From assembly GCA_021286825.1 (NCBI GenBank), contig JAJTBP010000001.1:4729-68728 (forward strand): a DNA stretch of 64,000 bases, written 5' to 3'. Every line of letters starts with the position of its first letter. The first letter of the stretch is position 1. Below, piece by piece: positions 1 to 9,594 of this stretch. Under the pieces are notes generated by a model. It ran no database searches and had not been told where the DNA came from. It was given only the letters and a program-made list of their open reading frames with translations. Position numbers and translations under genes: made by a program. The stretch comes from Marinilabiliales bacterium. GTDB taxonomy: Bacteria; Bacteroidota; Bacteroidia; Bacteroidales; Prolixibacteraceae.

Positions 1-302
1 CGGCCGGTTTCCCTGTCTCCCTTGTATTTTAGGCGGTGTAGCATGTGTTGCAGTTTGTTTCCCTTGTCGAAGCGGCAAAGTGCCATGGCATGTTCGATCC
101 TCACACGACCCCAAAATACCTGCTCCACCAGATTGTCCCGTTCTGTGGCGAATCCTGTAAAGGGCAGGTCCGACAGGCATTCCAGACAGAGCACGTCCTC
201 ACCCCGAACCAACAGAGTGCCGCATCCCGAACAGTAATCCGGATAAAAAAGTTGCAGGAAATCATTTGTCCACCGGATGAGTATTTTCCTTTGCATGGTC
301 AT
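1..302 (-). CDS. comF: ComF family protein (phosphoribosyltransferase-like), N-terminal ~100 aa only; the gene continues past the left edge
   Basis: Absent from the ORF track because it has no stop inside the window. Hand translation of the minus strand from the ATG at 302-300 gives MTMQRKILIRWTNDFLQLFYPDYCSGCGTLLVRGEDVLCLECLSDLPFTGFATERDNLVEQVFWGR..., open to position 1. The FYPxxCxxCG...LCxxCxxxLP double-CxxC N-terminus is the ComF hallmark. Confidence 0.6.
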   Translation of the reverse strand, partial: MTMQRKILIRWTNDFLQLFYPDYCSGCGTLLVRGEDVLCLECLSDLPFTGFATERDNLVEQVFWGRVRIEHAMALCRFDKGNKLQHMLHRLKYKGDRETG

Positions 303-359
303 CGGCTGATCCAAACATAAGTTAACCTTTTTCGGGCAGAAAAACGAATTCCGGAAGGG

Positions 360-395
360 CAAAAAAAGAGGGTGAACCGATTGGATTCACCCTCT
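360..395 (-). terminator. Rho-independent terminator of metK
   Basis: Perfect 10-bp stem AGAGGGTGAA (367-376) / TTCACCCTCT (386-395) with a 9-nt loop. On the minus strand a T7 run (plus-strand A run 361-367) follows it, 17 nt after the metK stop. Confidence 0.7.
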
Positions 396-411
396 GATCA
401 TTTCTTAAGAC

Positions 412-1668
412 CTATAGATTGAAAGCCTTCTTGATCTCTTCGATGTAATCAAGCTTTTCCCAGGTAAACAGTTCGACTTCCAGTTCCTTGTTGCCAAAAT
501 AGGCCGATTCAAACTTTTTCGTGACCTTTCGGGGCGTCCGGCCCATGTGACCGTAGGAGGCGCTCTCCTCATAGATCGGATTGCGAAGTTGGAGGCGTTG
601 CTCGATCGCGTAGGGCCTCAGGTCGAAGATGGAGGCAATCTTATCGGCGATTTCATTGTCGTGCAAGGGAAGTTTGGAAGTCCCATAAGTGTTGACGTAG
701 ATGTTGACCGGTTGTGCTACACCAATGGCATAGGCCAACTGAACCAACATTTCGCTGGCCACACCTGCAGCCACCATGTTTTTGGCGATGTGACGGGCGG
801 CATAGGCAGCAGACCGATCTACCTTCGACGGGTCTTTGCCGGAGAAGGCACCACCACCGTGCGCCCCGCGACCGCCATAGGTGTCTACGATGATCTTTCT
901 CCCGGTCAACCCGCTGTCGCCATGAGGTCCTCCAATCACGAATTTGCCGGTTGGATTGACATGCAGGATGAATCCCGGATCAAAGAGTTTACGGATTCTC
1001 TCCGGAAAGAGAGCCTTGGTGGCAGGAACCAAAATGTTGCTGACATCCTCGCGGATTCTGGCAAGCATCTTTTCATCATCCGGATCGAATGGATCGTGTT
1101 GTGTTGAGATGACCAGGGTGTGAATCTTCACCGGTTGGTTGTTGTCGTCATAGGCTACGGTAACCTGCGATTTGGCATCCGGTCTGAGATAGGTCATCAC
1201 TTTGCCTTCCCTGCGGATCCGTGCCAGTTCCTTCAACAAGGCATGGGCCAGTTCCAGCGGAAGGGGCATGAAATTGTCTGTTTCGGTGCAGGCATAACCA
1301 AACATCATCCCTTGGTCTCCTGCACCCTGGTTTTCCTGTTCCTTCCTTTCCACACCCATGTTGATGTCTGGGGACTGTTCATGCAGGGCCGTTAAGACGC
1401 CACAGGAATCTCCGTCGAACTGATATTCGGCTTTTGTGTAACCTATTCTGTTGATGACTTTTCTGGCCACCTCCCGTACATCGACGTAGGTTTCGGATTT
1501 AATTTCTCCGGCCATGATCACTTGTCCCGTTGTTACCAACGTCTCGCAAGCCACTTTTGATTTCGGATCATATGCGAGGAACTCATCCAGTACCGCATCC
1601 GAGATCTGATCCGCTACTTTATCCGGATGTCCTTCTGATACTGACTCTGAGGTAAATAAATATCCCAT
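412..1668 (-). CDS. metK: S-adenosylmethionine synthetase
   Basis: 418-aa ORF with [34 protein letters not shown] and [19 protein letters not shown], the canonical MetK motifs across the full length. Confidence 0.97.
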   Translation of the reverse strand: MGYLFTSESVSEGHPDKVADQISDAVLDEFLAYDPKSKVACETLVTTGQVIMAGEIKSETYVDVREVARKVINRIGYTKAEYQFDGDSCGVLTALHEQSPDINMGVERKEQENQGAGDQGMMFGYACTETDNFMPLPLELAHALLKELARIRREGKVMTYLRPDAKSQVTVAYDDNNQPVKIHTLVISTQHDPFDPDDEKMLARIREDVSNILVPATKALFPERIRKLFDPGFILHVNPTGKFVIGGPHGDSGLTGRKIIVDTYGGRGAHGGGAFSGKDPSKVDRSAAYAARHIAKNMVAAGVASEMLVQLAYAIGVAQPVNIYVNTYGTSKLPLHDNEIADKIASIFDLRPYAIEQRLQLRNPIYEESASYGHMGRTPRKVTKKFESAYFGNKELEVELFTWEKLDYIEEIKKAFNL

Positions 1669-1804
1669 TTTGATAAAATTGTGTCACTCTGAGGGAGCGA
1701 CCGATGAATAAAAAATGTTTGGATGGGAGATTGTACGGGAAAGTTAACACCTATGTTTTAGCATTTTTTTCCGTGGTTGCAATCAATCAAATCCATCCAC
1801 GGTG

Positions 1805-1812
1805 CAAAGATA
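1805..1812 (-). promoter_or_regulatory. Candidate Bacteroidota -7 box (TATCTTTG) for metK
   Basis: Matches TAnnTTTG on the minus strand, about 135 nt upstream of the metK ATG. Motif match only. Confidence 0.3.
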
Positions 1813-1953
1813 GGGATATTTCATCGAATTGCAAATCCTGTTCAGTGCTTTGTTCCGCTGAAGTTCCTGTTTGGTACCCCAATAACCCAAAAAAGGGAGA
1901 GGGCAGGATGTTATTTTTGGCGATCCGCCGTAAGGCAAATCATGAACTTTGAT

Positions 1954-1961
1954 TAGCTTTG
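1954..1961 (+). promoter_or_regulatory. Candidate -7 box (TAGCTTTG) for the nagB-nagA-transporter operon
   Basis: Matches TAnnTTTG, 30 nt upstream of the ATG at 1991. Confidence 0.3.
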
Positions 1962-1990
1962 TTTGCAAATCCTACTAATGACTCATTTCC

Positions 1991-2725
1991 ATGATTGTAA
2001 ACATTGCTCACACACCTGTCGAATTGGGCAGGGCCGCAGCCGCAAGAGTGGCGGCAGCTCTTCATGAGGCGGTAGTCCGGCAAGGCCAGGCAAGGTTGCT
2101 GGTATCGACCGGAAGTTCGCAGTTTGAAACCCTTGCTGCCTTGATTGGCCATGCAATAGACTGGCCAAAGATTGAGGTCTTCCATTTGGACGAATACGTG
2201 GGTTTGCCGATGGAACATCCGGCAAGTTTCCGGAAATATCTTTATGAACGGTTCATCCGCCACATTCCGGTCAAGGCTTTCTATCCCGTTAGCGGAGAGG
2301 GAGATGTGGAGGAAAACATTCGTCAGCTATCTGCCCGGATACAGGAGATGCCCATTGATGTGGCACTGATAGGAATTGGAGAAAACGGCCACATTGCGTT
2401 CAATGATCCGCCGGCTGATTTTGAGACAGAAGTGCCCTACCTTGTGGTAACGCTGGACGAGAAATGCAAGATGCAGCAGGTCAACGAAGGGTGGTTCCCC
2501 TCATTGGAGGCAGTGCCTGTCAAGGCCATCTCCATGAGTGCCCGTCAGATCATGAAAAGCAAAATCATTGTGTCGGCCGTTCCGCACAGCGTCAAAGCGG
2601 ATGCGGTGGCCAAGACGCTGTCGGGAGAAGTCTCTCCCCTTGTGCCGGCAACGCTTCTGAAGCAGCACCCCGACTGGTTGCTCTGTCTGGATGCCCATTC
2701 GGCTGCCGGCGTAATAAAAATCTAA
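1991..2725 (+). CDS. nagB: Glucosamine-6-phosphate deaminase/isomerase family protein
   Basis: 244 aa with STGSSQ, FHLDEYVGL and IGIGENGHIAFNDPPA, the NagB/6-phosphogluconolactonase superfamily motifs. It lies immediately upstream of nagA. Confidence 0.85.
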   Translation: MIVNIAHTPVELGRAAAARVAAALHEAVVRQGQARLLVSTGSSQFETLAALIGHAIDWPKIEVFHLDEYVGLPMEHPASFRKYLYERFIRHIPVKAFYPVSGEGDVEENIRQLSARIQEMPIDVALIGIGENGHIAFNDPPADFETEVPYLVVTLDEKCKMQQVNEGWFPSLEAVPVKAISMSARQIMKSKIIVSAVPHSVKADAVAKTLSGEVSPLVPATLLKQHPDWLLCLDAHSAAGVIKI

Positions 2726-2842
2726 AACCGGATTGGGTTTCGGGGAGTGTGACTTCCCGGCGGTTTTTCGCAAACCCAATGCTTGCGGCCAATTTGTGCC
2801 GTCGGATTCCAATTTATTGTTTATCCCAAGATCAATCATCGC

Positions 2843-3994
2843 ATGGAGAGTTTGACTGGCCTTCACTATCAAACCGGTGAGGTTGTTACGTTGGAAATAT
2901 TGGACGGATGGATCCGGGCCGTACGACCCGAGCCTAACCGTTGGGACCCCGGTTTGCCAGTGGTTGCACCCGGACTGATCGATAATCAGGTCAATGGTTT
3001 TGCCGGGATTGATTTTTCGGGTGAAGCGCTGACCGTTTCACAGGTAAGCCATGCCGTATCCAGGTTATGGGAGACCGGCATCACGAGTTTTCTTCCCACG
3101 GTTATCACCCATACTCCTGAGCGGATCGTCCAGAATCTGTCCCTCCTATCAGAGGCAGCTACGGATGGGTTAACCGGACTTTCCATTGCAGGAATTCATC
3201 TGGAGGGGCCATTCCTCTCCGGAGAAGAGGGATTCAACGGTTGTCACCGGAAAGAGTGGCTGGCGATGCCGGACGCTGCGTTGCTGGACCGGTTTAGGGA
3301 AGCATCCGGGGGAAAGCTTTTGCAGATCACCTTGGCACCTGAATTGCATGGTGCCATCGATTTGATTCGTCATTGCCGGCAACTGGGGATCGTCGTGGCG
3401 ATCGGTCACACCAATGCTTCGGCCCCGGTGATAAGGGCTGCGGTGGAGGCGGGGGCGACCTTGTCGACTCATCTGGGCAACGGTTGCGCCAACTGGATTC
3501 ATCGGCACAACAATCCGATATGGCCGCAACTGGCGGAGGAGGGGCTGGTTCCCTCCCTCATCGCCGACGGGCATCATCTTTTGCCTGAGGAGCTGCTCGT
3601 TTTTGCCCGGGCAAAGGGGAAAGAGCGGATTTTGCTTACCTCCGATGTAACCTATCTGGCCGGCATGCCAGCAGGCCGTTATCGTTTTGGAGGCGGCGAT
3701 GTGGTGCTTACCAGCGATGGCTTGTTGAAAAGTGCCGATCAGGATTGTTTGGCAGGAGCCTCCTTACCGTTGTTGAAGGGGGTCGAACGGATGTCGACCC
3801 TCCCGGGATTCACGCTGGCCGATGCCATACGCATGGCGTCTGCACAGGTAGCGCAGGCTTATGGCTGGCATGACAGGGGAGAGCTACTTCCGGGCATGCG
3901 TGCAGATCTGGTCCTTTTACAGGTCGGGGATGGGAAGATAGCGGTGCGAAAGACCCTGGTAGCCGGAAAGGTTGTTTACAATTCAGAAATATGA
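2843..3994 (+). CDS. nagA: N-acetylglucosamine-6-phosphate deacetylase
   Basis: GLIDNQVNGFAGIDF, HLEGPF, IGHTNA and THLGNG are amidohydrolase metal ligands typical of NagA. I chose the ATG at 2843 (MESLTG...) over the 2783 start in the ORF track, which adds 20 non-conserved residues. Confidence 0.9.
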   Translation: MESLTGLHYQTGEVVTLEILDGWIRAVRPEPNRWDPGLPVVAPGLIDNQVNGFAGIDFSGEALTVSQVSHAVSRLWETGITSFLPTVITHTPERIVQNLSLLSEAATDGLTGLSIAGIHLEGPFLSGEEGFNGCHRKEWLAMPDAALLDRFREASGGKLLQITLAPELHGAIDLIRHCRQLGIVVAIGHTNASAPVIRAAVEAGATLSTHLGNGCANWIHRHNNPIWPQLAEEGLVPSLIADGHHLLPEELLVFARAKGKERILLTSDVTYLAGMPAGRYRFGGGDVVLTSDGLLKSADQDCLAGASLPLLKGVERMSTLPGFTLADAIRMASAQVAQAYGWHDRGELLPGMRADLVLLQVGDGKIAVRKTLVAGKVVYNSEI

Positions 3995-5661
3995 GTGCGA
4001 TCGATTTTGTTGTACTGTTTGGATACCTCCTGGGCATCACCCTTTTCGGGCTGTACATGTCCCGCAGGATCAAGAGTAGTGACAGTTTTTTCAGGGGAGA
4101 GCGAAAGTTTTCCTGGTGGATCATGATGGGACAAGCCTTTGGAACCGGAACCCATGCTGAGATGCCGGTTGCCCAGGCAGGAGCCACCTTCGGACACGGT
4201 TTTGCCACCATCTGGTACCAATGGAAGAACATGTTGATCACCCCTTTCTATTGGCTGATCGCTCCCTTTTACCGAAGAAGTGAGCGAACAACAGTCGGCG
4301 AGATCGTGGAAGATCGTTATGGCCGGACGCTGGGATTGATTTATTCGATTTTTGCCATCGCCTTTTTTGTTTTCAACATGGGGGCCATGTTGCAAGGGGC
4401 TGCCAAAGTGATTTCCATTGCAAGTGGGGATCTGATCTCCCCCAACGGGGTGGTGGTGGCCATGACGGTTGCCTTTATGATCTATAGTTTTGCGGGAGGA
4501 TTGGTTTCGGCCGCCTATACCGATTTCATCCAATCGTTCCTGATTATCCTGCTTTCGATGATGTTGATTCCTTTGGGACTGACTGAGGTGGGAGGGTTTT
4601 CAGGCATGAAGCAGGTGCTACCCGCCCATTTTTTTGACCTCTTCAACAACGACAGCGGAATTACCGGATTTACCCTGGCCATGCTGACACTCAACGGGAT
4701 TGTCGGGATTACAGCCCAACCCCACATGATCTCGATGTGCGCCACAGGAAATACGGAGAGATCTGGCCGGATAGGTCAGACCTTCGGATCGATGGTCAAG
4801 CGAGTGGTGACGATCGGATGGGCCCTGACTGGACTCCTTGTGGCGGCATTGGTGATCAAGAATCAGGTAACCTTGAAGGATCCGGAGATGGCTTTTGGCT
4901 ATGGCAGCAGAATGTTGCTTGGACCAGGATTGACCGGTTTGATGCTGGCTGCCATTGTTGCCGCCAACATGTCGGGATGCTCCAATTTTATGGTCAACAT
5001 CGGAGCGCTGTTCACGCAGAACTTCTACAAAAAATATGTGAATACTGAGGCCTCGGATCAACTCCTGCTTAAGATGGGCAGACTTTCCGGTTTGTTGTTG
5101 TCGATCCTGGCTGTCATTTTCGCCCTTAGCATCAAGAATGTCCTGCATGCCTTCCTTTTCACGGAGACTTTTGCCGCCTTCATGGGCATCATGTTTTTGG
5201 GAGGCATCGTATGGAAACGTGCCAACCGGTATGGTGCCCTTGCCTCCATTGTGGTTTCCGTTGCCACCTACTACACCGTCAACATCCTTGGAACTGGTGA
5301 AGTGGCACTGGTTTACAAATGGATGCCGACACCTTTTGCCTGGTCGATGGGTCTTGGATTTGCCTTTTTTCTAATGGTAAGCAGCCTTACCAGACCTGAA
5401 GAGAAGGATCGTATGGAACATTTCTTTGACAACATGCGGCGCAAATCGGATGCCGTTGTGCCGGATGCAGATGGGCGAAAACCGCTGGGAGAGAAGACAG
5501 GTGATGATCTGCTGTTGCTGGACTTGCCGGGATGGCGGAAGCGCTCCCGATGGCACAATTTCTTCTTCCGTTACCGGGAAGACCTGATCGGATTTTTCCT
5601 TTGCTGGCTCACGGTAGGTGCACTGATCCTGTTGGCCTGGGGAATTCTGCAGATCGGGTAG
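3991..5661 (+). CDS. Sodium:solute symporter (SSF) family transporter
   Basis: 556 aa, polytopic, with an SSF-type GGLVSAAYTDFIQ segment. Its start overlaps the nagA stop (ATGA), which implies translational coupling. An amino-sugar substrate is inferred from context only. Confidence 0.8.
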   Translation: MSAIDFVVLFGYLLGITLFGLYMSRRIKSSDSFFRGERKFSWWIMMGQAFGTGTHAEMPVAQAGATFGHGFATIWYQWKNMLITPFYWLIAPFYRRSERTTVGEIVEDRYGRTLGLIYSIFAIAFFVFNMGAMLQGAAKVISIASGDLISPNGVVVAMTVAFMIYSFAGGLVSAAYTDFIQSFLIILLSMMLIPLGLTEVGGFSGMKQVLPAHFFDLFNNDSGITGFTLAMLTLNGIVGITAQPHMISMCATGNTERSGRIGQTFGSMVKRVVTIGWALTGLLVAALVIKNQVTLKDPEMAFGYGSRMLLGPGLTGLMLAAIVAANMSGCSNFMVNIGALFTQNFYKKYVNTEASDQLLLKMGRLSGLLLSILAVIFALSIKNVLHAFLFTETFAAFMGIMFLGGIVWKRANRYGALASIVVSVATYYTVNILGTGEVALVYKWMPTPFAWSMGLGFAFFLMVSSLTRPEEKDRMEHFFDNMRRKSDAVVPDADGRKPLGEKTGDDLLLLDLPGWRKRSRWHNFFFRYREDLIGFFLCWLTVGALILLAWGILQIG

Positions 5662-5798
5662 GGTCAGAGCGGATCATTTGCTCTTTCTACATTTTTTGAA
5701 AAGGAAGGAAGGGGTGGTTTTGGTCAGAAAGGGGGATCGCCTTTCCCAAAAGAGCGACTCAGCATTTCCGGTGAGTTGTCGTACCCGTGGATGAATTA

Positions 5799-5847
5799 CC
5801 CAAACAAAAATCGCAGGCGGATGAGGATGCCTGCGACTTTTGTTTGG
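5799..5847. terminator. Bidirectional hairpin terminator between the convergent transporter and phosphoesterase genes
   Basis: CCAAACAAAAATCGCAGGC (5799-5817) pairs with GCCTGCGACTTTTGTTTGG (5829-5847), a 19-bp stem with one mismatch and T-rich flanks. Confidence 0.7.
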
Positions 5848-5870
5848 TAGATCCGGATTTTCCGAATGTG

Positions 5871-8513
5871 CTAATCCCGGATTTTGGGATAGGGGGTTTT
5901 CCCTTTTGCCGTGAACCAGAGGATCTTGTTGAAAAGTTCTTCGTCACCATCATCAATCCCGTCGAACTGTGGTTCCATGCTTCTTCTGGCATAGCGTAGG
6001 GCAGTTCCCTTCAGGGCTTTGAGTTCCGGATTCATTTCATCCAATGGGATGTTGTTGGGAAGTGCCTTGTAAGGTGTCAGATCGGGTTTGGCGGTGAAGC
6101 AGTCGAACATGGGCATGGCTGTTGCATCCAGAATATTCATGGGTGGAATTCCCAAAATCTGTTCGATGGTTCTTACCATGGAGACCTGGTTGTAGTGGGT
6201 ATGAACCAGTCCGCGGCTACGGGTGTAAGGGCTGATGACGGTACCAACGGTTCGGTAGGCCGAGACATGGTCCCAACCATCTTGTGAATCATCTTCGGTA
6301 ATGAAAATGGCGGTATTTTGCCAGAAGCGACTCTTGGTAAGGGCTTCAATGATTTGAGCGACAGCCAGATCGTTGTCGGCAACCATGGCACGTGGTGTTG
6401 GAATGCCTGGCCGCGTTCCAGAGGTATGGTCATTGGAGAGTGCCATGATCATCAATTCCGGTAATTTGTCACCTTGCTGCTCTTCCAGCTCCTTGAGTTC
6501 CTTGATGAAGATGGAGGCTCTTTGGACATCCGATACCATGTGGTTATCCGATGAGGGGAAGGTCTGGCTCAGGATCGCTTCCACCGGCTTGATGGTGGTA
6601 ATATTTTTGAAGTTCAACGGTTCCTTGTTGAGGAATCCTTTGTAGATGCTGGTCCAGGTTTGGCCTTTCTCAAATTCACATTCACACGCTTCTCCATAAA
6701 TCTTGACAGATTTTCCATGAGCCAGGGCATTGTCCCAAATGAAACCAGTAGGCGAATAGACCAGGGCATCGTATTGGACATGCGGATAGCTGCGGATCCA
6801 GGCGCGAACAGATTTTTCCACATAATCCGTGACGATGGAGGCATCTGTCCATTGGTGACCCTCAGCCGAACATTTGCCAGAGACGTAGTAGTTGTCCATG
6901 TGCAGGAAGTCCTGGCAAAGTTTGTGCATGTTGGGGGTGATCTTATTGCCGTAGATGGTAAGGGTTGAATCGCCATCCCCTTGCTTCATGTCTCCCAGCA
7001 CCTGATCATAGGTACGGTTTTCCTTGATGATGTAGAGGATGTGCTTGATTGGCGAGGGTTCACCAATCCGTTCGGGAACCGGAACAGGCTCTGCCTTCTT
7101 ACGTGGCAGTCGGGCCGTTACGTCCAGCCTGAAGTGCTGATTGGCCTTTTTGACTCTCTCGGTCAGTTTGGCCGGATCCTTTCTCTCCGGTACCGCTATG
7201 ACGGATACAGAGGCCATCTCCTTGTGCGAGTTGTATTTGGGGTTCTTCGATCCTTCCGTATAAAAGGGAATTCTGGATCCTTCGGCTTCCAGGTTGGCGA
7301 CCCACAGTCGATGATCTGCGGCCTCGACCACTGCTGCCGGATAGGCTGCCGTGGGGATGAAACCTGCCAGCTGGCTGGAAGCTAGAGTAGCTCCCGTTGC
7401 CGCTTTGTTCCCGAGACGAACAACAGCCAGGGCATTGTCCATACCGTTGCAGACGAAAAGTGATTGTCCATCCACGGAGAGAGCCAAACCGTTGGGGGAA
7501 TCGCCCCAATAGGGATTTTCCTCTTCATTCAATCGGACAGAGATGGTCTCGGTCACTTCGTCGGTGGCTGTTGAGATCACGGAGACATTGTCGCTGTTGG
7601 CATTGGCGACGTAGACAAATTTTTGGTCGGAACCGGTGGTGATGTCGTTGGGATGAAGTCCGACGCCAATCTCCTTAAAGATCTTTCCGGAAGCAGGATC
7701 CAAGACAGAGACAGAACCTTCGCGTGTCGATCCGTTGAGGGCACTTACTTTGGCTTTCCCCCAGGGGACACCTGCCACCTCCGCATCTGATGCTTCGGGT
7801 GTGCCACCAGCCCAGTTGGTGACGTACAATTTGCCGTTTGCATAAGTGATGCCAAAGGGAGCGACTCCCACGGCCACTGACCAAACAACCTCACCTGAGT
7901 CGGGATTCATCCGGACCACTTTGTTGTTGCCGTTCAGAACCACATAAAGGGCGGGAGTGCCCGATTCGTTGCGATACAGTACCTCGTTGACAAGCGATGT
8001 CTGAGCCGGATCCTCTTTTGGGAAGGGATACAATGTGCCTGCCCCGAATTTCCCATTCTCGACATTGACTTTTACCACGGCCGAATTTTCCTTGCCTACC
8101 GATCCCCAGAAAAGCTGGGTCTGTTTTTCCTCTGACCTCCAACAGATACCCGAGAAAGTATTCATCCGGACCTGCCCCTTGAAATACTCGGAGACATTGA
8201 ATGTGGAGACAATCTTTTGGGATTCGGCAGAGATCAGGACAACCTCGTATCTGCCTTCTACTGCCAGCCATTTGCCATCTGGTGAGAGTGCCACATCGAG
8301 TGCATGATTTTCCTGCTCTTTGTTGCCAAAGAAAATTTGGGTACCTACCGGATCAATCCATTTGTTGTAGGGCAAAAGAACCGGCGTCTCGGCAGGATTC
8401 ATGGTCTTCTTCTCGTAATCGCTCAGGTATTTTTTCTGGCCTCTCGTCTGGGCCATGAGGGAAGTTGATGCCAGCAGCAGCATCGTTAGCAGCAAATAGT
8501 TCCTTCGTAGCAT
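5871..8513 (-). CDS. Secreted beta-propeller (YncE/YVTN-type) fused to a PLC/AcpA-family phosphoesterase (copy A)
   Basis: Signal peptide MLRRNYLLLTMLLLASTSLMAQ. Propeller repeats include YVANANSDNVSVIS and LFVCNGMDNALAVV. The C-terminal half carries IKHILYIIKENRTYDQVLG and FITEDDSQDGWDHVSAYRT, the phosphoesterase (PF04185-type) signatures. Confidence 0.8.
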   Translation of the reverse strand: MLRRNYLLLTMLLLASTSLMAQTRGQKKYLSDYEKKTMNPAETPVLLPYNKWIDPVGTQIFFGNKEQENHALDVALSPDGKWLAVEGRYEVVLISAESQKIVSTFNVSEYFKGQVRMNTFSGICWRSEEKQTQLFWGSVGKENSAVVKVNVENGKFGAGTLYPFPKEDPAQTSLVNEVLYRNESGTPALYVVLNGNNKVVRMNPDSGEVVWSVAVGVAPFGITYANGKLYVTNWAGGTPEASDAEVAGVPWGKAKVSALNGSTREGSVSVLDPASGKIFKEIGVGLHPNDITTGSDQKFVYVANANSDNVSVISTATDEVTETISVRLNEEENPYWGDSPNGLALSVDGQSLFVCNGMDNALAVVRLGNKAATGATLASSQLAGFIPTAAYPAAVVEAADHRLWVANLEAEGSRIPFYTEGSKNPKYNSHKEMASVSVIAVPERKDPAKLTERVKKANQHFRLDVTARLPRKKAEPVPVPERIGEPSPIKHILYIIKENRTYDQVLGDMKQGDGDSTLTIYGNKITPNMHKLCQDFLHMDNYYVSGKCSAEGHQWTDASIVTDYVEKSVRAWIRSYPHVQYDALVYSPTGFIWDNALAHGKSVKIYGEACECEFEKGQTWTSIYKGFLNKEPLNFKNITTIKPVEAILSQTFPSSDNHMVSDVQRASIFIKELKELEEQQGDKLPELMIMALSNDHTSGTRPGIPTPRAMVADNDLAVAQIIEALTKSRFWQNTAIFITEDDSQDGWDHVSAYRTVGTVISPYTRSRGLVHTHYNQVSMVRTIEQILGIPPMNILDATAMPMFDCFTAKPDLTPYKALPNNIPLDEMNPELKALKGTALRYARRSMEPQFDGIDDGDEELFNKILWFTAKGKTPYPKIRD

Positions 8514-8609
8514 CTTGTTGTGAATTGGTTAATGATTTGGATGCAATTTATTCGGAATGGTTTAATCCTTCTTTGGGAATCCTTTCACAAAGCATACGGG
8601 GACCGGGGT

Positions 8610-9515
8610 CTAACGTATCAATTCCAGGAAGCTTTTTTCCATGGTCGACTCCTGTTCTGACAGGGTGAGCAGGGTGAGGTGGTGTTTCACCGTCAGATGA
8701 AACAAACCCGGACGGAGATCGGTGCCTGCTGAGGACAACAGGAATTTTCCATCTTCTCTTCGTTCGTAAGATTGTAGGTCAGTAAGTTCGTTTAAAATTT
8801 TGGGCGAGATGGGCTCGAGCCATTCGGCGACAAACCTTCTGACGGGTTCGACAGTCCTTTTCTTGATTCCGGCGGGGGAGTCGATGGCGACTGCCTTGCC
8901 CTGGTTCAGGATGAGCACCTTGTCACATAGGGCTTCCACCTCCTGCATGATGTGGGTAGAGATGAGGACTGTTTTTTGTTGGCTGATGTTTTTGATCAGT
9001 TGCCGGATCTCCACCAGTTGTCCCGGATCGAGTCCTGAAGTTGGCTCATCGAGTATGAGTAGGGCAGGATCGTGCAGGAGTGCCTGGGCCAATCCGACCC
9101 GCTGGCGGTATCCTTTTGAGAGTGCCCCGATTTTCTTGTGCTGCTCAGGCGCGAGACCGGTCATCCCGATGATTTCGGAGATCCTTTTGCCTCTGTTGGG
9201 GATTCTGTAGAGGCCGGCGGAAACTTCCAGGTACTCCTGAACGTAAAGATCTGTATAAAGAGGGTTGTTTTCCGGCAGGTAACCGATCATTCTTTTTAAC
9301 TCCGGATTTTCAGGGTCCATGATGTGACCATTGATTTTTACAGATCCGGAGGTCGGGAGCAGGTAACCTGTTATGATTTTCAGCAAGGTCGTTTTGCCGG
9401 CACCATTGGGTCCGAGAATCCCCATGATGGTACCTGAATCTACTGAAAAAGTGATGTGATCCAGGGCCTTCTGTGTTTGGTAAAGCTTTGAAACCTCTTC
9501 AACGGAAACCGCCAT
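8610..9515 (-). CDS. gldA: ABC transporter ATP-binding protein, GldA-like
   Basis: Walker A GPNGAGKTT, signature LSKGYRQR, Walker B LLILDEPTSGLD. The N-terminus MAVSVEEVSKLYQTQKALDHITF and YLPENNPLY resemble gliding-motility GldA. I preferred the ATG at 9515 to the TTG at 9536. Confidence 0.75.
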   Translation of the reverse strand: MAVSVEEVSKLYQTQKALDHITFSVDSGTIMGILGPNGAGKTTLLKIITGYLLPTSGSVKINGHIMDPENPELKRMIGYLPENNPLYTDLYVQEYLEVSAGLYRIPNRGKRISEIIGMTGLAPEQHKKIGALSKGYRQRVGLAQALLHDPALLILDEPTSGLDPGQLVEIRQLIKNISQQKTVLISTHIMQEVEALCDKVLILNQGKAVAIDSPAGIKKRTVEPVRRFVAEWLEPISPKILNELTDLQSYERREDGKFLLSSAGTDLRPGLFHLTVKHHLTLLTLSEQESTMEKSFLELIR

Positions 9516-9533
9516 CTGATGAAATTTTGGGAT

Positions 9534-9541
9534 CAAATTTA
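9534..9541 (-). promoter_or_regulatory. Candidate -7 box (TAAATTTG) for gldA
   Basis: TAnnTTTG match on the minus strand, 19 nt upstream of the ATG at 9515. Confidence 0.3.
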
Positions 9542-9556
9542 TTCAAAATAAAAGGA

Positions 9557-9564
9557 TAAATTTG
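9557..9564 (+). promoter_or_regulatory. Candidate -7 box (TAAATTTG) for ispG
   Basis: TAnnTTTG match 31 nt upstream of the ATG at 9595. It mirrors the gldA box on the other strand. Confidence 0.3.
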
Positions 9565-9594
9565 TCTAAGTGTCTGTGAAAGATTTTTCAAGCA

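Noticed and set aside
1691-1708. GAGGGAGCGACCGATGAA resembles the GAGGGA...GCCC.AUGAA core of the SAM-I riboswitch, next to metK.
   Set aside because: It is on the plus strand, which is antisense to the metK leader. The remaining SAM-I elements (P1, the GCAACC junction, the kink-turn) are not found around it. I treat it as coincidence.
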